Of a stretch of DNA of 64,000 nt, positions 1 to 13,200 are shown piece after piece. How positions within the stretch are numbered: the first letter of the stretch is position 1; each line of letters starts with the position of its first letter. The DNA comes from Perkinsus olseni (taxonomy: Eukaryota): NCBI GenBank assembly GCA_013115125.1, contig JABANN010000072.1, positions 1-64,000 of the forward strand, written 5' to 3'. A program made the position numbers and the translations under genes. The notes beneath the pieces are model-generated. The model searched no databases. It worked only from the letters and a program-made list of their open reading frames with translations, and was not told the origin of the DNA.

Positions 1-471
1 TTGAGTGATACTGAGAACAGTGAGATCACTGCAAGGGAGCAAGAGAGCAAGCGCGATGACTCAGTTCTCACAGGCCGGCAAGTCGCTTGTCAGGGCGCGC
101 GCAAAATACGAGAAATAACATTATTCTGGGTTAAAATGGCCTAGCGGATACGAGTGCGTTATGGGCAGCGTGCGGCCCAAGTTCGATCCGAAGTCGCTGC
201 ACTTTCTGTCGATGACCTGATTGTGCAGCGTAACTGATGCTCATAACTCAATCATTCATCTCGAATGAGTGAAGTTTTTCGCCTAAGGCACGTCAGTGCA
301 GGCATGAGATCATGGTAATTCGGGTTGCATCGATTGTTAAAGATATCGATCAGCTAATATCATCAACAAAGCCAGGACTCCTGACTTGTAATGAAAGTAG
401 AATCTCTGTTAGTGTTCAATCATTGAACTTTGTGGGAGGTAAGACCAGAGAATATGAAAGCGACGGGCATC

Positions 472-3315
472 TCAGTCAGAGAAGCTCACGGCCGGTGTGG
501 GGCTTGCCGAGGCGTCGTTGGAACGCTGCCGTTTGGGATGCCTTACAGGGTGACGCTCTCGCCGCACACGTGACTCGTAGTTCAGAATGCGCCGCAATGC
601 CGAGCTGGTAGAGTTGCGGAGTTCGTTAACAACCTATAGGAAAACTAAGCCCCCGTCCAGAGCCTCTGCCCCACCTTGAGCGCATGTCGCCCTCCTTCGA
701 TGTTGCATGGAACTCGGCTCGCGCGTTCCTCCATGTCCAGCAGCAAGTCTTTGATGCTCTTCCTGACCGAGTGCTTTTCTGGAGGTATACTGAAGTACAC
801 CGTCGAAGCGTTTCCTGAACTGTAACATCACCGTACAACGCAGGAGCGACATTCCTCACTTGCCAACCCAGTTAGCAGCCCTATCACAGCTTGTAGGCGC
901 TCGGCACGCGGAGGCTCGAAAAACATCTCCAGCAGAGGGGCCCTTATCAGGACTTTACGAAGAACACTAGAATATAGACGAATGTGAATGCGGTAACGAG
1001 GTGGCTGTTCCAAACTTGCGCCCTACCTCTCCACGGTCGACGCAGAGGCCTGCGAAATGTAGTTGGAATTGTCAACTTCCTTGGTGGCCTGGAGGAGCAG
1101 GTTGCTCGTCCATTGTAGTAGCCTCTCCATGAGGAGTTGCCGGCTTCGACGATGCTTCGTACCACGCAAGGCGGGGTATCTCCAATAAGATCACGTCACG
1201 CTCGAACAAAGTCGATAGAGTAGCGAGTCACCTCATGTCAACGGAGCTTTTGCGGCTGGTGACAATGATGTCGGCGATACAATTGAGGTTGCTGCATGAA
1301 GGTCCGAGTTGTATCGCGGTGTCGAATAATCTCGCCAGGGTTGCCGCGGAGGCGGTCTTCGCGACCTCTTCGATGAGCAGGGTGATGAACTTCCGCCGCT
1401 CCCCGATCCATTTTGGCCCGTTATTCCCATCCGAGTGCCTCCACGCCCCGTAGACTCGATTGAGTGCGAAGGCCGCATCCTCAGCCATGTTTTGACTGCT
1501 GCTGCTACGGACCGCTGTTGATGCGAGAGACTCCAATAAAGCTTCCGGTGACGCACCACCGAAGACAAGCGTCGCCCACCGACTGGTCTCGGCCACGTCA
1601 TCCACAGGAAAGTATCGCAAACCGTGTACAACAGCCGACCACCAGATTGGATTCGGCGCACGGCTGTCAGCGAGCAAACTGCCTGCAATGGACATCCAGG
1701 GCACGTCAGCTCGAACGCAGACGGATACCGGTGTTCCCTCTACGTTTACCTCCTTGTGCTTCAGCAGTCCGAATGGAGGCACTCCATCTCTTGCTACAAC
1801 CGCAGCGCTCAGGCACCGCCTAGCGAACCACGGAGCTTCTCGTTTACCGTAACCTTTAATCAAACTGGAGACGGCTGCTTGGGCTCCCCCCCTCGACATG
1901 CAGGGCACAACAGGAGGCACCGAAAGTAGCCAAGATTTGCCTGCTGTAGCGCGCGAGCTGGCGGACAGCGCGAGCTCGTCGTACAGCGGTCCAGATCTGG
2001 CTCCCCCCGATGATGATCTGCATCCTTGCATGCAGGCCAATGAGTTTCCCTTTGCCAAGCCAGTGAGCTGCGCTAGCGGGCTCTGCTGCAAGACGAGAGG
2101 TGCGAGCTCATCACAGTTCCAGCCTTGCAGTGCGAGGTGGGATACGGCGTCTGTGAGGAGCTCCAATAGGGAAGGGTCATTAGTATGCACAAGAGCGTTT
2201 TTAATCTGGGACGACATCTCAATGAAGACGGTCGCGTCGTCAGTGGTTCTGCACCAGCTAAGGGTGGCCTCCGCGAGACGTGCTGGTTGGAGTCTCTTCG
2301 CGAGGCTTCTGAAATAGGAGTTGTCACAGCTTCCACTGACCCTTAAAGTGTCAATAAACTTGAAAGCGAAGGCGACACTCGAACGGGGAGCGCTAGTGCG
2401 CAGCAGAACCCATTCGGCCACCGCGCCGAAGATTCCCTCCGAGAACAGGCTGCTGCCCAGCAATTCCACCAAGAGCGCCTCGCCTCGTTCGAGCGAAGCC
2501 ACTGCATTGAGCAAGTTCGTGAGCGGAGTTTCAGTGACAGCAGCCAACTTCGTCCACAGCTCTGTTCTGCACTGCTCGTTGCACGCCCTTCGCTGTGCTC
2601 GGGTAGTTCCACACCAACAACAGGATTCGAAGGCGGGGCACAGTATTCTGACGAGGAGGTCTGCGCATGCATTGACGATAAGGAGACTCCCGTCCTGGAT
2701 GAGGTGCAGGAGCACACTGGTAGCAGGTAGGCGATGTAGCTTTCTGAGAAACTTCACGACGGTTGATTCGTGCTTTTCGATGAGACTAAGTAAAAGGTCG
2801 TTTTTGTCCTCATTGGTGTACTTCTCTATCAAGTTCTCCATTAGAGCCCACTTGCAGTTGTCCTGCAGGTCGCTTGTCAGTACTCGGTCAACCAGCCGAC
2901 GGTTGCACACATCTGTTAGAAGCCTCGTTACGTGCTCCACTGCCGTACTCGGCACAGCCTCGAGTAGCCATACGAGCAAAGTATGTCGCGAGCTTCTACA
3001 CATCGTAATCATCTGATCTACAGTCTCCGACCGAGCTTCCACTGTGGGTTGTGCTGCACTGCGAGCTTCCGAACTGGCGTGCCGCAGGGAGAGGATCTTC
3101 AGCAGTTCAGAGCGGACAAGCTTAGCTTTACGTCGCGCCACTGCCGACAGGAGGACTGTTAATGTGTCGGCACTCATGTGTGGGATAGCTTGAAAGATAT
3201 TCTCGATCTCTCGGCACGTGGTAGAGTCTGCGAGGTTTCTGCTGGGAGTTGGTACACATGCCAGAAGCTCCGGCCTTAATGCGTTATCCATGCAACGATC
3301 GGAAAGCTGCGTCAT
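472..3315 (-). CDS. Multi-exon gene, hypothetical protein (Leu/Ala-rich, probably alpha-helical)
   Basis: Long first exon (698-aa ORF 1228-3324, ATG at 3315). Further in-frame exons are joined by GT-AG introns: ...SSVDMR|YPALRGTKHRRSRQLLMERLLQW...|VLRKVLIRAPLLEMFF...|...VVNELRNSTSSALRRILNYE...VSFSD* (TGA at 472-474). No recognisable domain. Confidence 0.7.
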
Positions 3316-4299
3316 TAGGCCCACGATTGTGCGTACATCGACGCAACGCCACCAACGCTCACAGTGAAATCGCGGAAGTTAACAATGACAATATTTAAAT
3401 GGGGGCTCGCAGTGGAACTGGTTGTCCAGGGAACTGCATCGGATGTCGTAGCTACAATTCCAAGATGTCCATGAATAACTTATCATCGACCTTGCCAGTG
3501 TGGGCACTCAACGCGAGGCGGCGCCTTGGTGATAGATATAGGCTGGAAGTAGATGGTAATACTTGAATTGTCATGCGTAGTTTTGATGGCATTCACTTGA
3601 AGCACAAGAGAGAGGGGACGTAGAAGGGTTCGAAGAATTAATACAGTTTGGCAGAGTACGTGCCAATGTTATAAAGTTTCATCAGTGTCATTCTCCCTGG
3701 GTTCTATGAGACGGCACTATTGATCAAACCGTGTGCAGCAGTGACAGCATCAGGCGCTCTGCCTGTCACTGGGGAGGGCAACGCAGGCGAGGGTACACTA
3801 ACTTTCTGTGACTCGAAACTCATCCTAGGAAGGATTCCGGCACGCGAATAGCCATACCAGAATCAATTCGGGAATGTACAATTGTTTCATCGTAGACACT
3901 CTCACAGGTTCGGAACCAGTACAAAATTCGCCGATTTCCCCGATCATGAGCCACTATACCATTCAATCGCATGAAATTGCGTGCCTTACTCGCGGAATTG
4001 AAATCCTCATTTGAGGCCTGCCGCTAAAATGACTTCGACATCCGCCAATTGCATCCCCTCGTTTCGACCCTATCCGCCAATTTGCTGCTGTCTCAACTCG
4101 CTAATGTGATGATGTCCTCGACCCCTACGGCAACCCTATTCGCCCAAATTCTCAATGATTTTTGAACATCAACTTTGATCGATTGTTGTGGCGTGCGCGA
4201 GCTACGGCGCATGATCTCCACAAGCGGGCTCGGGACCTTCATCGCATGGTTTTTGCCTTAGTTGGCCCTTGAGGCCGTTGCCAATTCGTTACCCGATAA

Positions 4300-7200
4300 A
4301 TGAAGCTCATCACAAGCGATACACGACGACACCTCGTGGTGTGGTTACTCTCACTGGGGTTACTTGCTGCGGAAGTGGGCAGTTTTATGCCAATTCGAGC
4401 CGGCAGGGACGATCCCGGGCAAGGTAGTGCCAAGAGCCATGCACTGCGTTGGACTGAAAGTAACTGCCTTCACGATACTGAGCGTGTGAAGTGGCGCGTA
4501 AATTTACCTGGACTTGGTTTGGAGATTAATGTTTCGATCGAGAATTTTCATGCACCGGCTGGTGTCCGGCTAAAACGAGGAGAACAACTGCAGTGCGATC
4601 CATGGGAGATGGGGAGATAGTTCGTTGGGCTTTCCCGTGCTGCTGTGCCCGATGAGATCGTCGGCGTAGTGGAAGCTCTCCTCCTGAATCTGGGATTAGC
4701 TTTTTTTTTGGCATTGGCGAGCGTCAGTCTTGGCGGGACCTTGGTACGCGCCCTTTTCAACGGTGCTGGGTCGTATTTTCCTCGTACACGAGCTCCACGA
4801 ACAATCCGATATCTGGCGAGGAACGGAAAGAGTAGTCAGTCAGCGTTGGCGGCGCGGAAACTTTTTGTGAAAGGCAGTAGGGCACCTTCGGTTCCCGCGC
4901 GTGGACCTGTTGGGCTGACGCTAAGTCCACTGGCTCGTGGCTTGTGTTAATGAGCATTAGGTCTCATGGTTGGTAGTGTGAAGTAGGCGTAGGAGTGTAG
5001 AACTCCTCGAGGGCCGTGATCCAGCTTCACTCCCGTGGCATCGCCCTATCAGCAAAGGGAAGATGCAAAGCTCTCGAACCTGTCTTATCGATCGCCACGT
5101 CGCTGGGCCCCTGATTCTCTGTGATAGAGGGTTATTCTGTCGAACTCATAAATTGTGATCGCCTTCGTGGTGCTACTGACGAGGGTCTTGTAATGTCGAT
5201 CCCCAACCTGTTTTCAGGTGAGGCACTCGTACAGCGATCCCTAGCGGTCCAGACTCCCCAAACAGCTCTCGTGGCACCGACGGCCAGCAACCTGGCCGAC
5301 GTCACTGCTACTACCTCGGCCACGATGTATGACCCGTCCATTGCCTCGGAGATGATCTGGTCATGTTGTGGTATGCAGGTACGCAGGAGTCACATACACG
5401 ACGCTGGTTCTGTCGGCAACAGGAGGGCTGGGCACGACCGCTAGCGAAGTAGTAAAAGTTGGATAGGGTTGTGGGGAAACATCTTCTTGAGGGGTTTTCT
5501 GAACAAACTAGAGATGGATATCTGTGCGTATTCGCCCTTCTAGAGGAGGTTATTGAGCTGGGAGTCTGGTCTATATTTGTTGCGGCGTGCTCATGGATTG
5601 GTTAGGCGTGGAATGGTCCCGCGGTCAGAGCGATGGTCGTTCATCTCGAACACCCAGGTTCCAATCTGCTGAGGATTGTTTTCTCAGATTCGTTTGAAGT
5701 TGGTAGACTCGAGCGTGTCGGCATGTTCGACACTCGAAACTGCGAGGACATCGAGCCCCCTGGACGGCGAGACCTCCCCCGGTGGAGTGCCAACAGCGAC
5801 CTCTAACGTCTGGTCTAACGTCCGCTTTGATGAGGTAGTGGCGATCTGGGAACACCGTGTCGAGTTCGACCTCGCACAAAGTTTATCCGATTTAATTCTA
5901 CGATAGACGCGGTCGACATTATCGTTCCCGATCCGTCGGTAGCGACCAGATTGGGTCGTGGTTGGTTGGTTGGTTGGTAGGATTGCACTCCAGTTGGTCC
6001 TCGGATCGAATCTCTGGTGGGGAATTTCTCCATTTGTTAGGGAGGCATGTTCAAGTTGTGTTACCGTCCTACGGCGTCGAGTGGATGGGAGCTGCTAGCA
6101 GTGGACATAGTTGTTCGGGGAGGGAACTCCAAGACTGATAAGGTCTGGTGCCTTTTCACGACTGATGCGGCGTGGCCATGCAAAGCACGGGTGAGTCACG
6201 CGGCGCTAGTGGTTTCAGTACCTGTCCCTGTTTGGTCTCTGAGCCGGGCATCGGGAGCCGGCGAAGCAGCGAAGTGATCGAACACAGTCGGCCGTCATTC
6301 GGTTGCAGACCGTATCATCAGTGGAATGAGACGGATAGCCTCGACTTTCTCTTAGTATTCTAAGATCTCGCTGCTGTGTAGACCGTATATATCCTCGTAA
6401 ATGATTCGCTAGGAGTGAACGGTCACAGCGTCATCTCCTTCATGATTAAAGGATAGGTTCGGCTTGGAGTGGTATTGTCTGCTGCTGTTGTTAGTTATTG
6501 GGCACATCGCTGTCCGGTGGAACTACATGGTTGATGACTCTTCTCACATACGGTGATACGTGCGGAGTCGACACTATTGCCACCCTCAAGTTCGTTAATA
6601 CTGTGTCCCAAGTGGCCCTGGATGGTGAATATGAGATTCACGATTTTGGTGTCAAGAAGACCAACGTGGGAGCACCGGAGAGCTATACTGTAAGGAGGGG
6701 TCCGTAACGCGCCACGAAGAGAAAATGAGCCTCTCGGGACATCCTTATCGGCACTGGCAAATCGTCGTAAACCCGTCGTGCGGCACGAAATTATATAGAG
6801 TCGCCCACGGCATCCTTCTTGCCATGGGAAAATCGGTGTTGTTCCGTCACGCGCCACGATACTGAGGTGAACTCCTTTGTCCGTAGAATCATCCGTATTC
6901 CGCTCTTACCAAGCATCATTCTCAGTGAGAAGTTGTCACGCGCCACAAAATTAGATGTTCCGTACCTGTCAGGTATGCTATTGCCCGGGATACGACTCCG
7001 ACAGCACGAATGGTATTTGTCACAGTTCTTCGGACACGGACTTCATCCAGCTGGTCGGAACGCTCATTCTCATACAGGCGACCATCCTCGACAACCCTAC
7101 TGATGCCAACATGGTGGCGGTCTACCCCACTCTGAGGTTCACCCTGCAGCTGTCCTGTGGCAACCCTGGCATGTGCGCCGTCGACGACGATATCCGGTAT

Positions 7201-10200
7201 AAAATAGTGGAGAGGGATGTTGCCAACGACAAGCCTTATTACGATTCAACAGCGGGGTGTCGAACAGCCGTGCAGGCGGCGACTTTCATGGCCCCGACAA
7301 ATTGCGATAGCGCGATAAGCTGCTCGGATACACGAGACGATTCTCCTGTGTCGGCTACGAACCCGTTGTGGACGGATCTTCAAATCGACGGAGTGATCGA
7401 AAATAAGATATCAGTATCATCCAGCTATGATGTGTGCTACTGTGACGGCGACTGTGTGTCCAATGCTAACTGGTTCAAGATTGGCAGCTTTGATGTTAAT
7501 AGAGTTTACGTGCAGTTTTTGGATACTACATTGGCGATCAAGCAACCGCATGTTAATAAACTAGGTGAGCTGCTGTATATAGCAATTCTTGAAATTGTCG
7601 CCTTCAACGACACTTGTCTGTGTGTGCGAGAATGATACTGCCTTCGATCGCGCCCTTCACGCTGTGTACGCGCAGTCGCATACATATATCATGGAACCAC
7701 TACCGCCACCTAGCGATATCATCATCATCATCATCCAATACTATTATCGAACCACTATCGATATGCAATATACCATACCGTGAACCACTAATTCCCCTGT
7801 CGATCAGGGCATCCTGCTCGTCCGCGGGAGAACGCTTCTAAGCTAGCTTTGGGCCAAAGCCTTTAGCAGAGCCGTTCTTCAGCTCGTTCGGAACCCGAAT
7901 GGAGTCGTATTGTGAAATCAGGAGCGCCTAGCGCGGTTGCCTTCATCACAGTCGTGTTACTGACGCTTAGGTTACGTGAAGGTCCTCGGGAGCTCCTCAA
8001 CTGGTAGTTGGACCACAACAGGAGACCAAACGAGAGAGATGAAGATACTACCGGTACAGCGCTGCTGCTCTGTTTAATAGCGGACCATCGGTTGACCGAC
8101 TCGCAATCTTGTCTTCGTGTGTCAAGAGTGAGAGATCACTTTTGACATCTTTGTTTCTTGCAATCTTGCAATTCCTCAACGTTCTTCGTCGTTCAGGACA
8201 ATGACGGTTTAATCAACAAGAAGGCCTGCCTCGACAACGCCCAGTCTTCCCTCATCGTATCGGGTCACTCGTGCTCTTCCCTGCTGGACTGCGACTCTCC
8301 CGTCAGTGCTAGCAATTATCAGCTTTACGGCGGCGGAGCGATAAAATTTTCGAAAAGTGGATGGATGGCCGTATGCTACTGTGACAAAGTTTGCAATGAG
8401 CAAGGCAACTGGGCGGTGGTGGGCCGACTCCTCGTTCTCGGTCCCCTGGGCTCTGAGACGTGGGTGTTTGCTGAGGCACTGACATTCAAGTAGGAGGAGG
8501 TGGCGGGTTCGAATCCCGCAATTGTCATTTTCAGGTTGACAATACATGGTTGGGGCCTATCTAGCAATAATTATATTAGGATTATCGACTATTCTAATGA
8601 GTGCGGAGTGGCAGATTCCACTCAAAGCGCGAATGTGAAAGGACCAGTGAACAGCGGAGCGTTGTTGTCGGGTACGAGTAACATGAGAACGATAGCGCCA
8701 GCCAACCCAAGGTGAGTGATTCTCTATAGAATGCTGTTAGCAGTAGCGATAATTCGGGTAGTAGTTGTGGTTGCAGCAACAATAGCAGTGGTGGTGGTAG
8801 TGGTAGTGGGCGCTAATGGGACATGGACCAGCGGCGGCTTGGATCCCTCCAACGTTGGGCCGATGGGTCGGCATCAATTCCGACCCGTGACGTTCCTCTA
8901 TGCCGTTCAGTTCATCGGGCTCGATTATTACATTCGGCACAGCATCGGCCTCGGTTGCTCACGGGTTGAAGGATGGGGATTATATCCAGATCGAGGACGC
9001 TGTGGAGACTACTACTGGGAAAAGCGCTAACAGTAGGTCCAACACCCCCCTACCTTTCACCTTTCATCGTGATCTTGGGGCGCTCGAGTATTCTCGTTCT
9101 TCTCCTCTATGGCGGCGTTCGCCGAACTATTAACTAGTTCTAAGAACTCAACCGTTTTAATTGGATTGTTCTTTTACTGCAGGGAAGCTTGAAGAAGAGG
9201 AGATGATCAACACGTCCCATGAGGTCGCCTACATCGACGAGTACTCCATCAGAATTCCACTCAGTTTTCCGGATGGGTCATACCCGACCTACGATATGGT
9301 GAGCTCGTCGTTGGTCGGATAAATAGCTGATTATAATGTTTTGTCGTTATGCTGAGGACGTAGTATGAATCCTTGAGTGCCGACTGAATTGGTCTGTGGA
9401 AACCTTCGGGAATTATTGTCGGCTAGCGATGAATTTCGATTTTACGGAAGATTTTCTGTGAATTTTTTAAATGAAACTGAACCTAGCAGAGAATGGCGGG
9501 TTCCTCACCTTCACACTGACGAGGTCATCCCGCAGGGCATTCGATCGTGGTGCTCATCATTTCTATTCAACAGCCATTGGGTCAGGAAAATCGGTTTGCG
9601 GCTGCGTGATTGTTTGGCTGTACTATTCCCTGTAAAACTAATTGGAAATTTATCAAAGAATCTTCGCGGCGAAGGAAAGAGCCAATACGGAAAGCTTTTG
9701 GGTTGGAACTTCCCATAGCGAATGCCATTTGTAGCGGAGGCTTTCAGGTCGGGGGCACTGGGACACCAGCAGTGACGTGGAGTAGGAACTCTGAGCAGGA
9801 GTACACTAATATAATGTCCCTGTTGAAGGGGGAGTATAAAGTCTGCTGGAGCGAAAGCGCTAATTCGTTGGACACTGACTTTGTGGCTCAAGCGGGGACT
9901 CTGGTCATCACGGAGCCGCCTGCTATGACGGCGAGTTTGAGTCTGGCTACGATCGAGGCCGATGTCCCTCAGCCGATAATCATATCTTTTACGACAGGGA
10001 CGAGCGCTAGATATTCGGAAGCGGTGAACCCGATTCAACTGAAGATAGTTTTTACGGATCCTTCTTACTTGGAGCCGCGGACAGTCAGCGATGGTTCCAT
10101 CGGAATCGATAGCAATTTCGACGAGCTTAGCGAAGCGAAGCAACATATTTGTGGGAAATATTTCAACGAGCTGTGGTCATCGGATCCCAGCGGGTTCCCG

Positions 10201-13200
10201 ATGCCTCAAGGGTGTTACTTGAGAGAGGACAACATCGATCCTGCGGTAACTAAGACTGAGTTCTACATGGTATTCCATAAGAGGAATGGCTTGAAGGCAT
10301 CCACGAGGTGAGCGCTCTCTGTGCATTCGTCCGACTCGGGAGTAGCAGGGGTGTTCAATACACTGCTGCCTCCCTTGATACTAGTAGCGTTACCAGGGTT
10401 GAATTCAACGTGTAAAAGACTCGGGAGAGGCAGTCTCTTGAACAATCAGAGCACCCCGCACATCATCGTCGCTATATTGCTAGGATTGAGTATCTTCTAC
10501 TTGTCCGAGATGTTTTGTATTCCCCTGCTCATGCCTTATATTCGTAAGTATCGGAGGAGTGCTCGTTCGTTGCAGGCTGCCTGACTCTATAATCTGGAGT
10601 ATTTATCTCTAACGCCAGTACAATCTCGCTCGCCCTTATTTCACTCAACCCAGCTCGATGCCACTGCTGCTCGTTGTAGGTATGAGATCGTTATGCATGC
10701 TACTGCACGAGAGATCTTGACGCAGACTTTGCCGTCGAACGCAGCCGTCCAGGTGTGGATCATGGACGACGTCATTGAGCGGCCGCTAGATGTTATTGAA
10801 CTTGGCAAGGCCGCTGCCAACAGGGACATGGCGACCGGCCCAACTAGTCGGGCTTCTGGGGATCCGACCTTCCACTCGACAGACGGCTTTGTCATCACTG
10901 GTGGAACAGACGGGTTGTTGGAGCTCACGTCGTACTGTATCAATGATGATTTGACGGAGGATACGCCCGACTTTGAGAGGAACTGCCAACCGTGCCGGAG
11001 CGAGGAGGACTGTGGAAATACTGATGGTGAGTCCTGCCCGCTTTCAACCGAATCATGAACGCTTGCATCACGTAGAATGAACTGTGCTCCAATTTAATGT
11101 GGAATATAATATAGAGTTAATTTCGCCTCAAACACTAAGGGTTTGGACTTGATGTATTAACACGCTATTCGTTGCGATGATTCACCTCCCGAACAACTGT
11201 AGCCGTTCAACGCCTACATGCTGATATATCTCAGGGGGATCTTGCAGTCTTGCCTCCTCTTGGAGTTTCTCAATTTTTCAGCTTCTCGTAAGTGGTGTGT
11301 TACACCGGTCCCAGCAGCGTGCGCATCGAACGACCTTACCAGCGTCCCAGCTTTTAACGTCAAACTCCGAGCGCAATCGAACGGTCCCATCGGCCCGGGA
11401 AATATTATAAGACGTAAGGCGACCTCTCTTGGTATCTTGCTAATCTTGCATTTCCTCAACGTCTCTCAGTATACCTACATCCGCTGCTAAGTTGGAATAT
11501 CCAGTCGAACCCGCTCGCCTCCTGTACACCATTCGAAGGCGGCGTGTGCGGTTCGGGTGGTGTCATAAGCGCTGCTGCAGAATCGGTAGTTGGCGGCTCC
11601 GTCGTCGGGGCAGGAGGAGAAGATCATGTTAATGTAAGGGCAATAGAAGGGTTTATTCTCGCCTTTCGATCCGCTGTCTACGCTGGATGCGCCATCAACC
11701 ACGCGCCACGAAATTCGGATATCTGCCTTCTCCGATCATTCCAAAGATTGAGCTTTTTCGTTCGGTCGAAAGGAAAAACTAAGACATATGATGGTAGGTA
11801 AGGATCGTGGTGAGCCATAGAACGGTCTCGAGTTCGATCCTCGAGAGTAGAACTCACCCCCATTTTCTCATTAATTCTCCCTTGCAAAGGGGCCTGATTT
11901 TTTGTTGAATCCTTGCTCAAAAGTAAAACGCCAAGGGAGAGTATTCGGCCTTAGGCCGCTGGACTTCTTTTCTCGACCGAGGTTAGATAGCGCGAAGAAA
12001 ATAGTGATTCTTCTTCTCCGCTGTGCAGGTGGTCAAGCTGACAATACCGGCGATATTCGACCCAGTCACTGACGTTATCCAGCACACTATTCACATAGGA
12101 AACCTGAGGTTGCCCGAGAACGGATTCTTCCCTGAGACGATAACAGCAGAGTTGTTGCGGCAGGAGGGAGCTGGGCCACAGTAAGGAGGGTAGCAACCTC
12201 TCCAGGGATCATGTGCATTACTATTACTAGGGGAGTATCACCAATTGAGCAGCATTAGTCGCGGTAGAAATGACAGCGAGACCGGGTGAAAGTCAAAATC
12301 TTCATGGGAGGGAACTTGGCGTGACCACCTGTTTCATGTGCTCCTCTTCGTCGCTACGTTGTTGATGTATCCTGTGTTTGTCATCTACCGACGCGGCAAT
12401 GTGGCCTGAAAAATCCCCGGCGAAATGATTCTACTCTTTTGCTATGGGCCTGCGCTCCCCTGTCGCCTTGTTCACGGTACCTCAACGTCTCCCTCATATT
12501 TTTAGCTACTGGAGTTCGGTGGCCACCGGGTCGTCGAAAGTGTGGATCCAACCAACGGTAGCGTCAGTGAGCATCGTTGGCCGGGCTGGGGACGGCAATG
12601 AGAAGCCTTTCAAAGGGGACATGAAGAACGAGCTGTATTTCCGTATCGTCACTGGCTTCAACGTTTATGCTGCAACCAGGGGAGATGCGGAGCTCACTTT
12701 CTTCCTACCGCCTGGGTGAGGAAAACGAGAATCGATTATTTGGGCGCGCGCTATTGACGTTGCAGATACAAATGTGCCCAAACTGGCAGTTCATGCGCGG
12801 CGTCGTGTATACCCGATAATTATGTTCCCGACACTTTGTCCATCTTCAAGGACTCCGGTACGGGCGAGTATCTGATGCCATCATATCGCGGGCAACTGGG
12901 ACAGGAGGTGGCGGACATGGTCAACGAAGCTGAATGGAGCACAACAGAGTCTGCTGGTGGGGATGATAGTTTCGTGGCGAGTGACGCTTTTCGGGCTGTG
13001 TGTCGTCTACGATAAAGGCGATCTTCATATGGCCTTCCGTAGGATCTTTGTCGTCGTCCTAGGTATACTGGGCCAGAGTGGATATGCAGCCGCCTCTTGT
13101 CGTCTAACATTTCAACAAGGTATGGTACTCTACGGCAACACGGTGGTGTACATGGGTATTACTGTGGACAATCCATCAACAGCCTTGCAGCAGGTGAGGG

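Noticed and set aside
1233-3016. Overlapping alternative-frame and antisense ORFs (also throughout the window)
   Set aside because: Shadows of real coding exons in moderately GC-rich DNA, with no independent motifs.
6690-6972. CRISPR-like repeat-spacer array
   Set aside because: Repeats are ~17 nt and degenerate, lie in a eukaryotic intron, and there are no cas genes.
8738-8810. Hydrophobic poly-Val ORF (also 16540-16630)
   Set aside because: Translation of intronic GTA/GTG-type simple repeats, not a membrane protein.
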